In this document: piece by piece, positions 8,681 to 18,381 of the stretch | How the letters are laid out: every line of letters begins with the position of its first letter | Numbering within the stretch: position 1 is the first letter of the stretch | Sequence record: ON528722 | Origin: Shigella phage ESh9 | Reading direction: 5' to 3' (one strand) | Length of the DNA stretch: 39,308 bases | Made by a program: the position numbers and the translations under genes | Notes under the pieces: generated by a model | What the model was told of the DNA's origin: nothing | Databases searched by the model: none | Seen by the model: only the letters and a program-made list of their open reading frames with translations

Positions 8681-11086
8681 TTAAATGCCAGAAGAACGAC
8701 GAAGGTAGTTCCCCTCCCAGCCGCACCCAATGATGTTCAATGGGGTTGATGCGTCTGACTCGATAGTTACTATGTTCGTCTGAGCATTGCCAACCACCGG
8801 GAAGCGGTATTGCCCTGTACCAATGTTTGAGCCTCCAACGCGGAGGTTGTCAGACCCCAATCGTGCACCAGCCATTGTGTAGATGAACTCACGGGACAGG
8901 TTGTTCACACGGATGGTGAACGCTCCAGAGTCCTCATAGTTTACCCACGCACGCCGAAGCTGTAAGCGACCAATATCCTCGGTAGCCGTCGAGCCGTCCT
9001 CAGCAGTCTTCTTGATGAGGAACTTCGAGAACGTATAAGTGAACGGGATGTTGAACCCAATGTAAACCACTTGGCCCTCTTGGTTCCCGTCAAGTCGTAA
9101 CACCGGGTCGCTGCTCCAACCGTTGATTGGCGGGTCTACCTCTATAATCTTTCCATCAGGGAAGACCACAGACACTTTACCCTTAGTGAAGTTCATCCCA
9201 TAAATCGCTGCGAGGCTTATGGACGTCTGGTAGGTATCATCATTATACGTCCCGGCAGGGATGGTGTATTTCCTCTTAGCGTCGATGTATAATCTGTAAG
9301 GCTCTCCCGGAAGGTCTATGGAGTTCTTCGTGAAGTGTAAGCGTCCCATCCACACAGCATGTTCATTGCTCATCAATACTGTCATTGTTGAGTTTATGAC
9401 CTGTGCTGCGAACACCGTAACGTTGTCCCCAAAGTCCCAATGAGACCACGACTGCTGCCTGATTTCCTCGTCAATGTAGAGGAACTTGTAGATATACACT
9501 CGGTTAGGTGCCCCGCTCGTAAGGATAGCCGCGAAGTTCTCAGCGGTTGTCCCCGATATACTGAATACTCCATTCGGTATGTAGTTCGGAACGTGAGCCG
9601 TCATGTCCTCTGCGTTCTTCACAGAGCTTACATCCTGTACCGCATAGTATCGGTTAATGGATGTGAAGGAAGCGCGAGGTGACGCAAAGTATACATTACG
9701 TCCTACACCATGTGGGCGTGCCCTATCTTGCACGTCGAACTGAGTCGTAAGGTTCAACTCTACGGAGCGACTCGAAAGGATACCAGAGGCTGTCAGAACG
9801 AACTGCGCTTGGTCAGACCACAGGAGTAACTCTTCGGAGAACGGAACGGCATACTTCAAGGTTGACACCCGGTTGTGGCTAACCGCGACGTCGATTGGGT
9901 CATCGTCGGAGTAGTTTGACACGGAGGCCGGGAAGAAGTTGAAGTATTTCGAGGTGCGAGACAAGATGATGTTCTCCCCACTAAGGAACCCCAAACGGTT
10001 ACGGAAGAAGAAAATATCGTTGATTGTCTGTCCGGTAAACGATGGGTATGGGTTGGTTGTATCATCGCCCACAGTACGAGCACCCCACTCAAGGTACTTG
10101 AAGTCAAAGTTCCCGTCAGAAGCACGTACCAGCGCCCAAGGCATCGTGTGGTAATGTAGGTGAGTCCTTGTGTTCCAGCCAATTGTTTCTACCCATACCT
10201 TACGGTTGAGGTCGAACCTAACGTAATACTGGTCGGCAGTCTTGGAGGTGTCACCTACAATCTTCACAATGTACCCATCTGGAGCGTTAATAGGCAACTT
10301 CTGGAACGACTGAGTGTAATGGGTTACAGGGTTGATTAGCTGGTCTGCGTAACCATCCTTAGTCTGTAGTCCCCAAACGTTATCGTTATTTGGCGCAAGG
10401 ATATGGATGAATCCGGGGCCAACGTTGAAGCGCCACTTATTCGGGTCTTGTGCGTTGCTCGGGTTCCCTAGGTTATTTCGCAACTGAGCCGCCAGCTTCT
10501 CAGCGATGGCCTGACCGTCAACCTCATTGACGTGTGCTGGTTGTGAGCCGTCTGGTAGTTGAACAGCAGCACGCTCAGCACCGTTGAACTCGATTGAGAG
10601 TCTACGCCCATATTGTCCACCACGAACATTAATCAGTGCATCGCCTTGGTCTTTAAAGCCCGGAAGGTTGACCGATTGGTCGTTACTCTGCACGACCACC
10701 TTGCGGTTAGTCACAAAGGTATAATCAGCCACAGTTACCATCCGAAGGTCTTCCCGTGGGTTAGCTGTGCGCACATAAGAGCGGTCTCCACGCACTTGGT
10801 ACTCCTTACCGTCGAGGTCGAATACCTTAATGTCTTCACCAGTGAACACAACAAAATACTGCTCGAACTCATCACGGTTGATGAGGTGAACGTAAGGTTG
10901 CGCACCCACATACCCAGCAGCGCCAAGGGTCTTAAGGTGAATCATCGGTGGGCGCTTCTGGAGACCCTCGGACTCAGAAGACCAACCGTTAATCTGAACG
11001 CTACCTTGTTCAGCGAACCGGAGAATATCTGGCTGTTGGCTGATACCACCCTTGAGGTTTTTGATTGATTGGCTAATGAGAGCCAT
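8681..11086 (-). CDS. 12: Tail tubular protein B gp12
   Basis: 801 aa; size and synteny as T7 gp12 (794 aa). Confidence 0.9.
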   Translation of the reverse strand: MALISQSIKNLKGGISQQPDILRFAEQGSVQINGWSSESEGLQKRPPMIHLKTLGAAGYVGAQPYVHLINRDEFEQYFVVFTGEDIKVFDLDGKEYQVRGDRSYVRTANPREDLRMVTVADYTFVTNRKVVVQSNDQSVNLPGFKDQGDALINVRGGQYGRRLSIEFNGAERAAVQLPDGSQPAHVNEVDGQAIAEKLAAQLRNNLGNPSNAQDPNKWRFNVGPGFIHILAPNNDNVWGLQTKDGYADQLINPVTHYTQSFQKLPINAPDGYIVKIVGDTSKTADQYYVRFDLNRKVWVETIGWNTRTHLHYHTMPWALVRASDGNFDFKYLEWGARTVGDDTTNPYPSFTGQTINDIFFFRNRLGFLSGENIILSRTSKYFNFFPASVSNYSDDDPIDVAVSHNRVSTLKYAVPFSEELLLWSDQAQFVLTASGILSSRSVELNLTTQFDVQDRARPHGVGRNVYFASPRASFTSINRYYAVQDVSSVKNAEDMTAHVPNYIPNGVFSISGTTAENFAAILTSGAPNRVYIYKFLYIDEEIRQQSWSHWDFGDNVTVFAAQVINSTMTVLMSNEHAVWMGRLHFTKNSIDLPGEPYRLYIDAKRKYTIPAGTYNDDTYQTSISLAAIYGMNFTKGKVSVVFPDGKIIEVDPPINGWSSDPVLRLDGNQEGQVVYIGFNIPFTYTFSKFLIKKTAEDGSTATEDIGRLQLRRAWVNYEDSGAFTIRVNNLSREFIYTMAGARLGSDNLRVGGSNIGTGQYRFPVVGNAQTNIVTIESDASTPLNIIGCGWEGNYLRRSSGI

Positions 11087-11101
11087 AGAGCCTCCTTATG
11101 A

Positions 11102-11692
11102 TTAGCGGTTAAGTAGACCAGAGGTGAATGCGTCACCGTCCAGCATGTTGTAGTTACCGTAGTCTAGCTCGTACTCGAAGCACGCACGCCATGCTTCCTG
11201 TTCCTCTTCCTGCAACACTCCGTCTACCTCCGGCGCACCGAAGAAGCGGTTGTTAAACTGGCGGGAAGCCTTGGTAACGATATAGTTTCGGAAGCACTCA
11301 GGCATCTCATCGAACTCTCTCAGACGAATCAGGTTGACCTGAACACCAGAAGGAAATCGGTCAGTCTTCGCAGAGCGGTCATAAAGATAGCCACCACGGT
11401 TGATATATTGGGTCTGACCGCTGGTTGCCATTACGGACAGATAGTCAGAGCTAAATGGAATCATACCAGAGAACGCATCCGGTAGAAGAGTCACACCTTC
11501 CTCAATGTTGAATGTCCATCCTCGTGACTGAATCTGTCGGTTAATCTTGTTGAGCACACGTCGAGCATTTGCAACATCAGCGTTTGCATCACCCTCAAGG
11601 GTCGATACTGGTGGCTCACCGATGGAAGCCAGAATGTCGTTGACGGCTGATAGCTCTTCTGCGGTCTCAATGTTCATCTCATAAGAGCGCAT
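11102..11692 (-). CDS. 11: Tail tubular protein A gp11
   Basis: 196 aa, identical length to T7 gp11; synteny. Confidence 0.9.
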   Translation of the reverse strand: MRSYEMNIETAEELSAVNDILASIGEPPVSTLEGDANADVANARRVLNKINRQIQSRGWTFNIEEGVTLLPDAFSGMIPFSSDYLSVMATSGQTQYINRGGYLYDRSAKTDRFPSGVQVNLIRLREFDEMPECFRNYIVTKASRQFNNRFFGAPEVDGVLQEEEQEAWRACFEYELDYGNYNMLDGDAFTSGLLNR

Positions 11693-11697
11693 GATGT

Positions 11698-11720
11698 TAC
11701 CTCCTGTTAGTGAGGGTTAA
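11698..11720 (-). promoter_or_regulatory. T3-type promoter variant upstream of gene 11
   Basis: Reverse complement TTTAACCCTCACTAACAGGAGG (about 3 mismatches to consensus). Confidence 0.5.
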
Positions 11721-11770
11721 AGCAAAAAAACCCCTCAGACTCCCAAAGAGGGAACCCAAGGGGTTTGCTA
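11721..11770 (-). terminator. Tphi-like late transcription terminator after the capsid gene
   Basis: Reverse complement CTAGCAAACCCCTTGGGTTCCCTCTTTGGGAGTCTGAGGGGTTTTTTTGCT: GC hairpin plus U-run, resembling T7 Tphi. Confidence 0.8.
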
Positions 11771-11774
11771 GGTT

Positions 11775-11890
11775 TTACTCAGTGGCCTCTTTGAGAGCCT
11801 TGTTACGTGCCCTCGTGATAGCGGCTTTCTGTGCAGGCGTTAACTCATCGTTAGAGCTTGCCACTTCGTCCGCACCGCTGATTACTTTGC
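11775..11890 (-). CDS. 10B: Capsid 10B C-terminal extension reached by -1 frameshift from 10A
   Basis: -1 frame past the 10A stop translates ...SGADEVASSNDELTPAQKAAITRARNKALKEATE*, resembling the T7 10B tail. Confidence 0.55.
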
Positions 11891-12922
11891 AGCAGGCAGC
11901 ACGATAGCGCCAGCAGCTTCTGGACGCAGACCACCGTGACCCATCGCGTACTTAGCGATAATCTGGTCAGCCTGATAGTTCGCACGACGAGCGCGCTCCA
12001 GAGCCAAGTCTTTCAGCTTGACCGTACCAACCGCAGAGCGGTGCTGGAACAGGCCCACAACGTTATCCAGAGCAACCTTAACGGTAGTGCTGGAGGTCGC
12101 CGGGAAAGCGTGCTTCTGGTCAGCCGGGGCATCCTCACGGGTATCGCCAGCGCCACCAGCGGTCAGGTGCGGAACCTCAACCACTTCGAAGCCCATCACG
12201 TTACGGATAGTACCGCGCTCAGGGTCAATCAGTGCCTGATAGTTTGCAGCGTTCGGCATCAGGGCAGCCAGAATCGCAGAGTAGTTATCAGGAGTGGTGT
12301 AGAAGGTGCGGTCAGCAGCCGGAACGTAGTTCTTGGTCAGAGATGCACGAGCGATAGTCAACTGAGCGATAATCGCTTTACCCAGCTCAACCGGGTCAGT
12401 CAGGTCGCCAGCGGTAGGCTTAACCAGAGTCAGTACGGTAGGCTTACCGAGACCCTCGATGTTCTCATTGGAGGCGTCCGGCAGGTTAACCAGACCAGCC
12501 AGTTCAGCCAGTACAGCACCGTCAGCCGCCATCGCCAGAGATTCACCCAACTGTGCGGTGTACTCAGCGCGAACGTCGTAGTGGTTCATCGCATCCTCAA
12601 TGTCGTAAATCAGAACGTCAGCAGTCAGCAGGCCATCAATGTGGATTACCTTCTCGGTGTGTTTGATATCCTTACGTTTGTCATCGAGGTTCTCACCCGG
12701 TTTCAGGTAAGCAGCTTTGGTGCGACCAATCACAGGGAACTGTGCGGACTTACCAGAAGCAATAGAGCGCAGCATGTGACGAGGCATGGTCACGGAGGTG
12801 CGAGCGAAAGCCGTCAGGACTTCACCGCCGAACACTTTCAGGAACAGCGCCAATTTGTCCGCTGCGGACTGACCCTTACCCTGATTAGTACCAATTTGCT
12901 GTCCGCCTTGAATGTTAGCCAT
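11882..12922 (-). CDS. 10A: Major capsid protein gp10A
   Basis: 346 aa; MANIQGGQQIGTNQGKG...KLALFLKVFGGEVLTAFARTSV near-identical to the recalled T7 gp10A. Confidence 0.95.
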   Translation of the reverse strand: MANIQGGQQIGTNQGKGQSAADKLALFLKVFGGEVLTAFARTSVTMPRHMLRSIASGKSAQFPVIGRTKAAYLKPGENLDDKRKDIKHTEKVIHIDGLLTADVLIYDIEDAMNHYDVRAEYTAQLGESLAMAADGAVLAELAGLVNLPDASNENIEGLGKPTVLTLVKPTAGDLTDPVELGKAIIAQLTIARASLTKNYVPAADRTFYTTPDNYSAILAALMPNAANYQALIDPERGTIRNVMGFEVVEVPHLTAGGAGDTREDAPADQKHAFPATSSTTVKVALDNVVGLFQHRSAVGTVKLKDLALERARRANYQADQIIAKYAMGHGGLRPEAAGAIVLPAAK

Positions 12923-13055
12923 GTTGAATCTCCTTATGTTAATTTAAAGAAAAGTTTGGTTACTACTTGAATCGAGTTGGTTCTCAATGTTTCACCTACG
13001 GGAGCGACCACAAAGTTCTGTGCTCAGGTGATTCAACCATTGTAGTCATCTATGG

Positions 13056-13082
13056 TCTCTCCCTTTAGTGAGGGTTAATTAG
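13056..13082 (-). promoter_or_regulatory. T3-type class III promoter (phi10) with translational enhancer leader
   Basis: Exact core; leader ends TTTAAATTAACATAAGGAGATTCAACATG like the T7 gene 10 leader. Confidence 0.85.
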
Positions 13083-14011
13083 AAACTGGAGTCGATAACC
13101 TTCTGTTCTACCATTTGACGGTAGGCAGCATCACTACGGTAACGCGGGTCACTCATAGCTTTAATCATCTCAGCCTGATTCGTAAAGCCCTCTTTCTGAC
13201 GAGCTACAGGTTTAACCGGAGTAGCACGCTTGGTAACACTACGGTTGGCAGGCTTACCGAATTTCTTCGTGTAACTCTCACCAGCCAGATTGATAATTGC
13301 TTTGACAGTCGCCAAGTCTCGGTTCATCATGGCAGTCTCAAGGGACTCAGCCGCAGCCGGGTTGGTTGCTTCAAGGTGCGTATGGATTGCGCTAAAGCGT
13401 TCCTTACCACCAGCAAAGGCAACTACCTGATTGACGTACTGGTCTACAAGGGCTTCCTGACCGGAGATGTAGGAGTCCACAAAGGCACGACTATAGCCAG
13501 CAGCTTCGAGTTCCGCGTAGGATTTCTCAGAGATACCATCTGCTTCGTACTCTTCGTAGATGCGAGTCACAGAGTCTGCGCTCAGTCCGCGCTCAACTGC
13601 CTGCTCGACCATCGCCTGAAAGCCTTCTTCGTGCTGACCTAATTGTTCAGTCACTTGGCTCAGTTCTTCTGGAGTGTCACCCAGCGGCTCGAACTCATCG
13701 GCCTCACCTTCGGTCTCCACCTCAGCATTATCGCTACCAGTGTCGAACTCGGCTTCATTGCCATCTTCACTGATACGAACCTGAATGCGGCCCTCATCGT
13801 CTTCACCATCAGCGAACGGGTCTACACCAGCCGCATAAGGGTCATCGTTATGGGAACTCGGTTCCTCGCTAAGTACGATTGCATCATCGCCATCACGGGC
13901 AGCAACATCGAGACTCAGCATATTCTGTTCGTGTTCAGTAGGTGTACTTCCGGTCATTACCGCGTTGTTCACACCGAAGGACGCATAAACGTCTGCATTA
14001 GATTCAGCCAT
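13079..14011 (-). CDS. 9: Scaffolding protein gp9
   Basis: 310 aa, highly acidic; position before the capsid gene. Confidence 0.85.
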   Translation of the reverse strand: MAESNADVYASFGVNNAVMTGSTPTEHEQNMLSLDVAARDGDDAIVLSEEPSSHNDDPYAAGVDPFADGEDDEGRIQVRISEDGNEAEFDTGSDNAEVETEGEADEFEPLGDTPEELSQVTEQLGQHEEGFQAMVEQAVERGLSADSVTRIYEEYEADGISEKSYAELEAAGYSRAFVDSYISGQEALVDQYVNQVVAFAGGKERFSAIHTHLEATNPAAAESLETAMMNRDLATVKAIINLAGESYTKKFGKPANRSVTKRATPVKPVARQKEGFTNQAEMIKAMSDPRYRSDAAYRQMVEQKVIDSSF

Positions 14012-14092
14012 TGTTAAATCTCCTAAGTTGTTAAAGATAAAGGGAAACCAAAGGACTCCAACCTTTAGTCATCGCTCATTTCAAAGATGAGG

Positions 14093-14116
14093 TCTCCCTT
14101 TAGTGAGGGTTATTAG
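14093..14116 (-). promoter_or_regulatory. T3-type promoter (phi9)
   Basis: Reverse complement CTAATAACCCTCACTAAAGGGAGA. Confidence 0.75.
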
Positions 14117-15720
14117 GTGGCGTCTAGGCCAGCCTGTGCTGCTGCACCCTGCATAGCTTCTGGACTTGAGGTCGCTAGAGTACCCACACCAGCCCCACCA
14201 GTGGCGGCAGCGTTATCGATACCTGTTTGGGCCGCATCCTGCATCATCAGTGCTTGCTTCTGCTCGTCCGTCAGTAGGATGCCAGAAGTATCAATACCAA
14301 TGGCGTTAGCAATGCGCAGCTTAATGACAGCAAGGTTAATGTCCGGGTCTCCCTGCATAGGAGCCAGAGCAGCCCAAGCGGAGATACAGCGCTCCAGCTT
14401 ATCGAGGTCTTGACCACGACCGATTGCTTCCAGACCTGTGCTGATAGTCGGCTCAACGGCTTCTTTCGGTAGCTCAGGAATCTGCGAGGTTGCTTGGAGT
14501 TGCTTCAAGAGCACACGAACCAGAGGCAATTGCAGTTCTTGAGACAGAATCGAATAGACACCACCAAGCGTATCTTCCAGTTCTGACGCAACGTATCGAA
14601 TCTCTTCAGCGGTCACGCGTTCACCTGTCCGTTGCACCGCAGAGTTCAACATAAAGGCATATGATAAGCGTGCTTCTATCTGGTCACTCACAGCTTTCGC
14701 TACGGTAAAGTCAGCTTGCTTCTCCAGTTGTAGGAAGTCAATGTCTTCTCGACGACCGGGAACGAAGTCACCAGTCTGAGCTTTGGTTAATCTACGGGGC
14801 TGCGTAATGCCAGCCGGGTTAACCAGACCGATGACCTTAGCGCTAATCATGCTCATCTTAACGATAGCCTCTTGGAGATTCTCAAGAGACCTTAAGTCAC
14901 CTAAGTATTCTTCACAGTAGGAGCGACCGTAAGACTCGCCATCAATGCGAACCATGCGAACCGGAATGTAGGGCATCGCGTCAGTCGGATAGGTGGCATC
15001 TGAGCCATCAATCTCAACGTCCTCCACTTCCTCGTACTTGAGGTAATCGCCGGACTCCTCATCGAGATACACATGGGTGTACACATCGACCATTTCGTCC
15101 ATCTTCTTCTCACCACCAGCTTTCTCTACCGCAGACCGAACGTCTTCCGGGAGAGCACCAAAGGCTATCTGGTCACGAGTGACAATCTGTAACACATTGC
15201 CGTATGCGTCTCTTTGGACAACATAAGAAGACAATCGGTACAGCTTCATCGGATTGTAGCTACCTTCGGGTTCCGGTAAGTAAAGCAGTGCATTACCTGC
15301 CACGATCAACTGCTTGAGGCACTCAAAGAGTGTCACACGGTAACTGTTGGATTCGATATAATTCATGATAATACGCTCAACCATAGACAGACCTTCGTCC
15401 ACCTTAGCGAGTCCAGCAGGGTCTCCAACAAGCTGCTTCGCCTCATATTCACTAATGGTCAGCTTCATCCACGACTGCATCGGGAATAGTGCCAGCATTA
15501 ATTTAGAGGCCAGATTGTTAAGACCCCGCGCACCTACAGCCTGCCACGGAGTCGTGTAGTCGGTAGATTCGTTATCGGACTCCTTCGGGAACAAGGACGG
15601 AATGGTGTATTGCGCACAGTTTTCCGCACGAGTCTCATAGGCTCTACGGTCGTTCGTTAGGCGGTCATAGGTAGCTTTAGCACCGTCTTCGCCCAATCCT
15701 GTACGTTTTGAATCAGCCAT
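14113..15720 (-). CDS. 8: Portal (head-to-tail connector) protein gp8
   Basis: 535 aa (T7 gp8 is 536 aa); synteny. Confidence 0.9.
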   Translation of the reverse strand: MADSKRTGLGEDGAKATYDRLTNDRRAYETRAENCAQYTIPSLFPKESDNESTDYTTPWQAVGARGLNNLASKLMLALFPMQSWMKLTISEYEAKQLVGDPAGLAKVDEGLSMVERIIMNYIESNSYRVTLFECLKQLIVAGNALLYLPEPEGSYNPMKLYRLSSYVVQRDAYGNVLQIVTRDQIAFGALPEDVRSAVEKAGGEKKMDEMVDVYTHVYLDEESGDYLKYEEVEDVEIDGSDATYPTDAMPYIPVRMVRIDGESYGRSYCEEYLGDLRSLENLQEAIVKMSMISAKVIGLVNPAGITQPRRLTKAQTGDFVPGRREDIDFLQLEKQADFTVAKAVSDQIEARLSYAFMLNSAVQRTGERVTAEEIRYVASELEDTLGGVYSILSQELQLPLVRVLLKQLQATSQIPELPKEAVEPTISTGLEAIGRGQDLDKLERCISAWAALAPMQGDPDINLAVIKLRIANAIGIDTSGILLTDEQKQALMMQDAAQTGIDNAAATGGAGVGTLATSSPEAMQGAAAQAGLDAT

Positions 15721-15730
15721 TCAGTCCTCC

Positions 15731-16051
15731 TCAGATATTGATTCCACCGCCGGAACTGCGAGCTACGCTAAGTGCCTTCTTACCGCCAGCGCGTGCCTTC
15801 TTACGTGCGCTCTCGGTTTGCGCCTCATCCTCGCCCTCAGCCTTATCCTGTTCAGGTACATCTACAATCTGTGCTGGAGGCGGCGCAGCCACTACTGGTG
15901 CTGGAGCCTCTTGTTGGATAATCTCCTGCTTACCAGCACCCAGCGCCCCACCAACGGCTTTACCGACTTCCTTACCAGCCTTCTCGACCGGTTTGCCGAC
16001 TTCCTTAACTACTTTCTTAACAGCTTTCTTGATTTTCTTGAAGAATCCCAT
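15731..16051 (-). CDS. 7.3: Tail/ejection-associated protein gp7.3
   Basis: MGFFKKIKKAVKK...AQIVDVPE...DEAQTESARKKARAGGKKALSVARSSGGGINI matches the recalled T7 gp7.3. Confidence 0.8.
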   Translation of the reverse strand: MGFFKKIKKAVKKVVKEVGKPVEKAGKEVGKAVGGALGAGKQEIIQQEAPAPVVAAPPPAQIVDVPEQDKAEGEDEAQTESARKKARAGGKKALSVARSSGGGINI

Positions 16052-16077
16052 AATGTGTCCCCTATGTTATGCCACAG

Positions 16078-16329
16078 TTACCCAAACGCCTTGGAGCGAA
16101 TGGAGGATTTACTCTTGTTCTTGGCTGCGTTGTCGTCCAGCTTTACCTTTAGACTGCTCTTGCCGCTGCTCGGTGTGGTTGGCACCTCAGAGGAAGACAC
16201 GCTGGTGTCCTCGTCACCATCGCCTCCCCATACCACAGACTTCGGAGGTTCAGTCAAAGGTGCTGGTTCGGCAGCGCGAATCTGGTTAGTGTCCATCTTA
16301 GGGACTTTCACCTTCGGTTTCCAGCACAT
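16078..16329 (-). CDS. 6.7: Virion protein gp6.7
   Basis: MCWKPKVKVPKMDTNQIRAAEPAPLTEP... matches the recalled T7 gp6.7. Confidence 0.8.
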   Translation of the reverse strand: MCWKPKVKVPKMDTNQIRAAEPAPLTEPPKSVVWGGDGDEDTSVSSSEVPTTPSSGKSSLKVKLDDNAAKNKSKSSIRSKAFG

Positions 16330-16333
16330 ATAA

Positions 16334-16579
16334 TTACTCCTGTCTCAGTTGCTCTTTACGCACCTCAATCTCATCAAGTGTTCGAGAGGCAAGGTACAGA
16401 CCGTGCATCACACCCGCAATGAAAGACTCAGAGTAACCCGCAGCGCGGAGCGCACGGTACTCACCGGACTCCATCACATAAGCCTGATTGAAGCGCACCT
16501 GTAGATACTCTTTAGCTGCACGAGGCATACTAGGAATATCATCGGGATGAGTTAAAACATGATTAATTGGTTGTAACAT
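16334..16579 (-). CDS. 6.5: gp6.5-like protein
   Basis: 81-aa ORF with SD GAGGTGA; position as T7 gene 6.5. Confidence 0.65.
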   Translation of the reverse strand: MLQPINHVLTHPDDIPSMPRAAKEYLQVRFNQAYVMESGEYRALRAAGYSESFIAGVMHGLYLASRTLDEIEVRKEQLRQE

Positions 16580-16607
16580 AATTTCACCTCTTAAGGTTAA
16601 GTCTTAA

Positions 16608-16682
16608 AGTAATAATCATAAAGGCTCCCTCTTCCCTTTAGTGAGGGTTAATACAGAGAGCCTTGAGTTTATCACTTAATCT
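16608..16682 (-). promoter_or_regulatory. RNase III-type processing hairpin with embedded T3 promoter (R6.5/phi6.5 analogue)
   Basis: aataatcataaaggctccc...ccttgagtttatcactt inverted repeat enclosing ccctttagtgagggttaat (16634-16654). Confidence 0.6.
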
Positions 16683-16785
16683 CGGAGTCTCGCTTCACGT
16701 CTCGGACTATGAGAGCGAACATCCAGAGACCTCGCGCCAGCATACCTACCAGCACAGCGACGGTAATCAGCTTCGCGGCGTCCAT
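16672..16785 (-). CDS. 6.3: Small hydrophobic protein, gp6.3-like (37 aa)
   Basis: ATG at 16785, translation [37 protein letters not shown]; same size and place as T7 gene 6.3. Confidence 0.5.
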
Positions 16786-17678
16786 AAGTAAATCTCCTTG
16801 TCAATGTAATTGTATTCCTCGAAGCGAAGAATGCGAGCCATCTGGCCTTGCTTGATGATTTCCTGCTCGGTCATCCCAGCTTTGGCACCAATGGATTTAA
16901 TGCAGTCCCACAGCGTCTCAGTCGCATCAGGAGCACGCTTCACCCACTTGGTTACTGTCTGCCCCTTGTTCTTACCAGACTTCAACACGGACTCTACAGG
17001 CTCCACAATGAACGGGTCATTCAGGAAACCTTCTGCTGTATCGCCCCAGCCGGGAATCCCGGAGTAGCCATCAGTCATATCACCCTTGATGGTCTGGAAG
17101 AGATGCCACCAATCAGCGGTCTCTTTGGTCTGCGTCAAGATGTTACCAGTGGTACACCACAGGAAGTCAACGTCCGGGATAGTCTTGAAGTCCTTGTCAC
17201 AGGAGACCAACACAGCTTTCTTGAAGCCGAAGACCTCGTGACCAGACCCAATGATGCCCATAACGTCATCACCTTCAAGCATGTCCTCTTTGATGTGAAT
17301 GAACTCATCGCGCTCCCACAGCTTCGACAGGAAGTCACGGTAGCCTACAGGCTTACGGGTCGCCTTACGGTTCTCCTTATAGGTCTCATCAACCAGTACC
17401 TTACGCCAGTTCACATCGTCGGTAAACGCCAGAACAACCATAGCGTCACTCCAAGCCTTCTTACGGGTTCGGTACGATTCGATTGCAGAATCGAGAATGC
17501 TCCGTGCCTTGGCGTGGTCACACTCAAGAGTCCAAATGTCGTCTCCCCAATCCGTCTCAACTTCGGCAGCAGCCATTGACTGATATACCAACCAGTCACC
17601 ATCCATGACCAGCACTCCCTTCTCCATAGGCTTACCTTCACGCATCTCCGCGAAGTCTTTCAATGTGATTAGGCTCAT
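16767..17678 (-). CDS. 6: 5'-3' exonuclease gp6
   Basis: 303 aa (T7 gp6 is 300 aa); synteny. Confidence 0.9.
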
Positions 17679-17857
17679 TCGTCATCCTCCCCGTAAACCA
17701 TCTCGACTGCATCAGAGTATCCGTCCCAATTATCCACACCACACGTCTTAAGCGCATTCAGGAACTCTAGGTCTTTCTCCAGCTTATCAATGTACGCGCT
17801 AACATCGTTCCACGCATCACGGGTCATCGTTACGGTGTCACTCTTAGGCATAATCAT
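17675..17857 (-). CDS. 5.9: gp5.9-like protein (RecBCD inhibitor family by position)
   Basis: ATG at 17857 overlaps the 5.7 stop (ATGA); ...TRDAWNDVSAYIDKLEKD... resembles T7 gp5.9. Confidence 0.6.
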   Translation of the reverse strand: MIMPKSDTVTMTRDAWNDVSAYIDKLEKDLEFLNALKTCGVDNWDGYSDAVEMVYGEDDE

Positions 17858-18063
17858 ACGCAACCTCCCATTCGTTTCAGGAAGCGCACACCAGAGGCTG
17901 TGACCTCCCATGCTCCACCATTGCGACCGCCCACAGTCAAACAGCTAATGTGTCCACGAGAAGCGGCCTCAGCTACGAGAGCCGCATTGTTTCGCACATA
18001 GTTCGACTGAAAGGACTTAGGGCAGCCTTTGATAGCTGCCAGCACTTTCAGGTATTCACTCAT
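17854..18063 (-). CDS. 5.7: gp5.7
   Basis: 69 aa, same length and position as T7 gp5.7. Confidence 0.7.
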   Translation of the reverse strand: MSEYLKVLAAIKGCPKSFQSNYVRNNAALVAEAASRGHISCLTVGGRNGGAWEVTASGVRFLKRMGGCV

Positions 18064-18362
18064 TAGAACACCTCCCGAACAGTAGCGGGAGACAGCTTGA
18101 AGCTGTCCTTATCGGCATACTCTTCGTGCATATCTTTGATGGCCTCACGGAAAGACGTTCGCACAAGGAAGGCCATCAGCCCCTCCATGCCATACGTCAG
18201 GAACTGGACAATCATCTCTTTCTGTTTACCATCGGGGACAATAGCGCCCGAGCCAGCCTGCTTACACAGGTGCAGAATGTCTTTCTCCAAGATTTCCTGA
18301 ACGTCAGATGCCATCTTAGCGGTAACGTCGAATGACACTTTAAATTTCTTGGTCATAGCCAT
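18063..18362 (-). CDS. 5.5: gp5.5 (H-NS-binding protein family)
   Basis: 99 aa, same length and position as T7 gp5.5. Confidence 0.75.
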   Translation of the reverse strand: MAMTKKFKVSFDVTAKMASDVQEILEKDILHLCKQAGSGAIVPDGKQKEMIVQFLTYGMEGLMAFLVRTSFREAIKDMHEEYADKDSFKLSPATVREVF

Positions 18363-18381
18363 AATAATTTCTCCTATAGAA

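Noticed and set aside
11936-12970. 344-aa plus-strand ORF
   Set aside because: Lies entirely antisense to the major capsid gene; low-complexity Ser/Val/Arg-rich translation with no start context. The whole genome is transcribed from the minus strand, so this is an antisense artifact.
16848-17579. 243-aa plus-strand ORF
   Set aside because: Antisense to the exonuclease gene 6; the minus-strand gene has clear homology.
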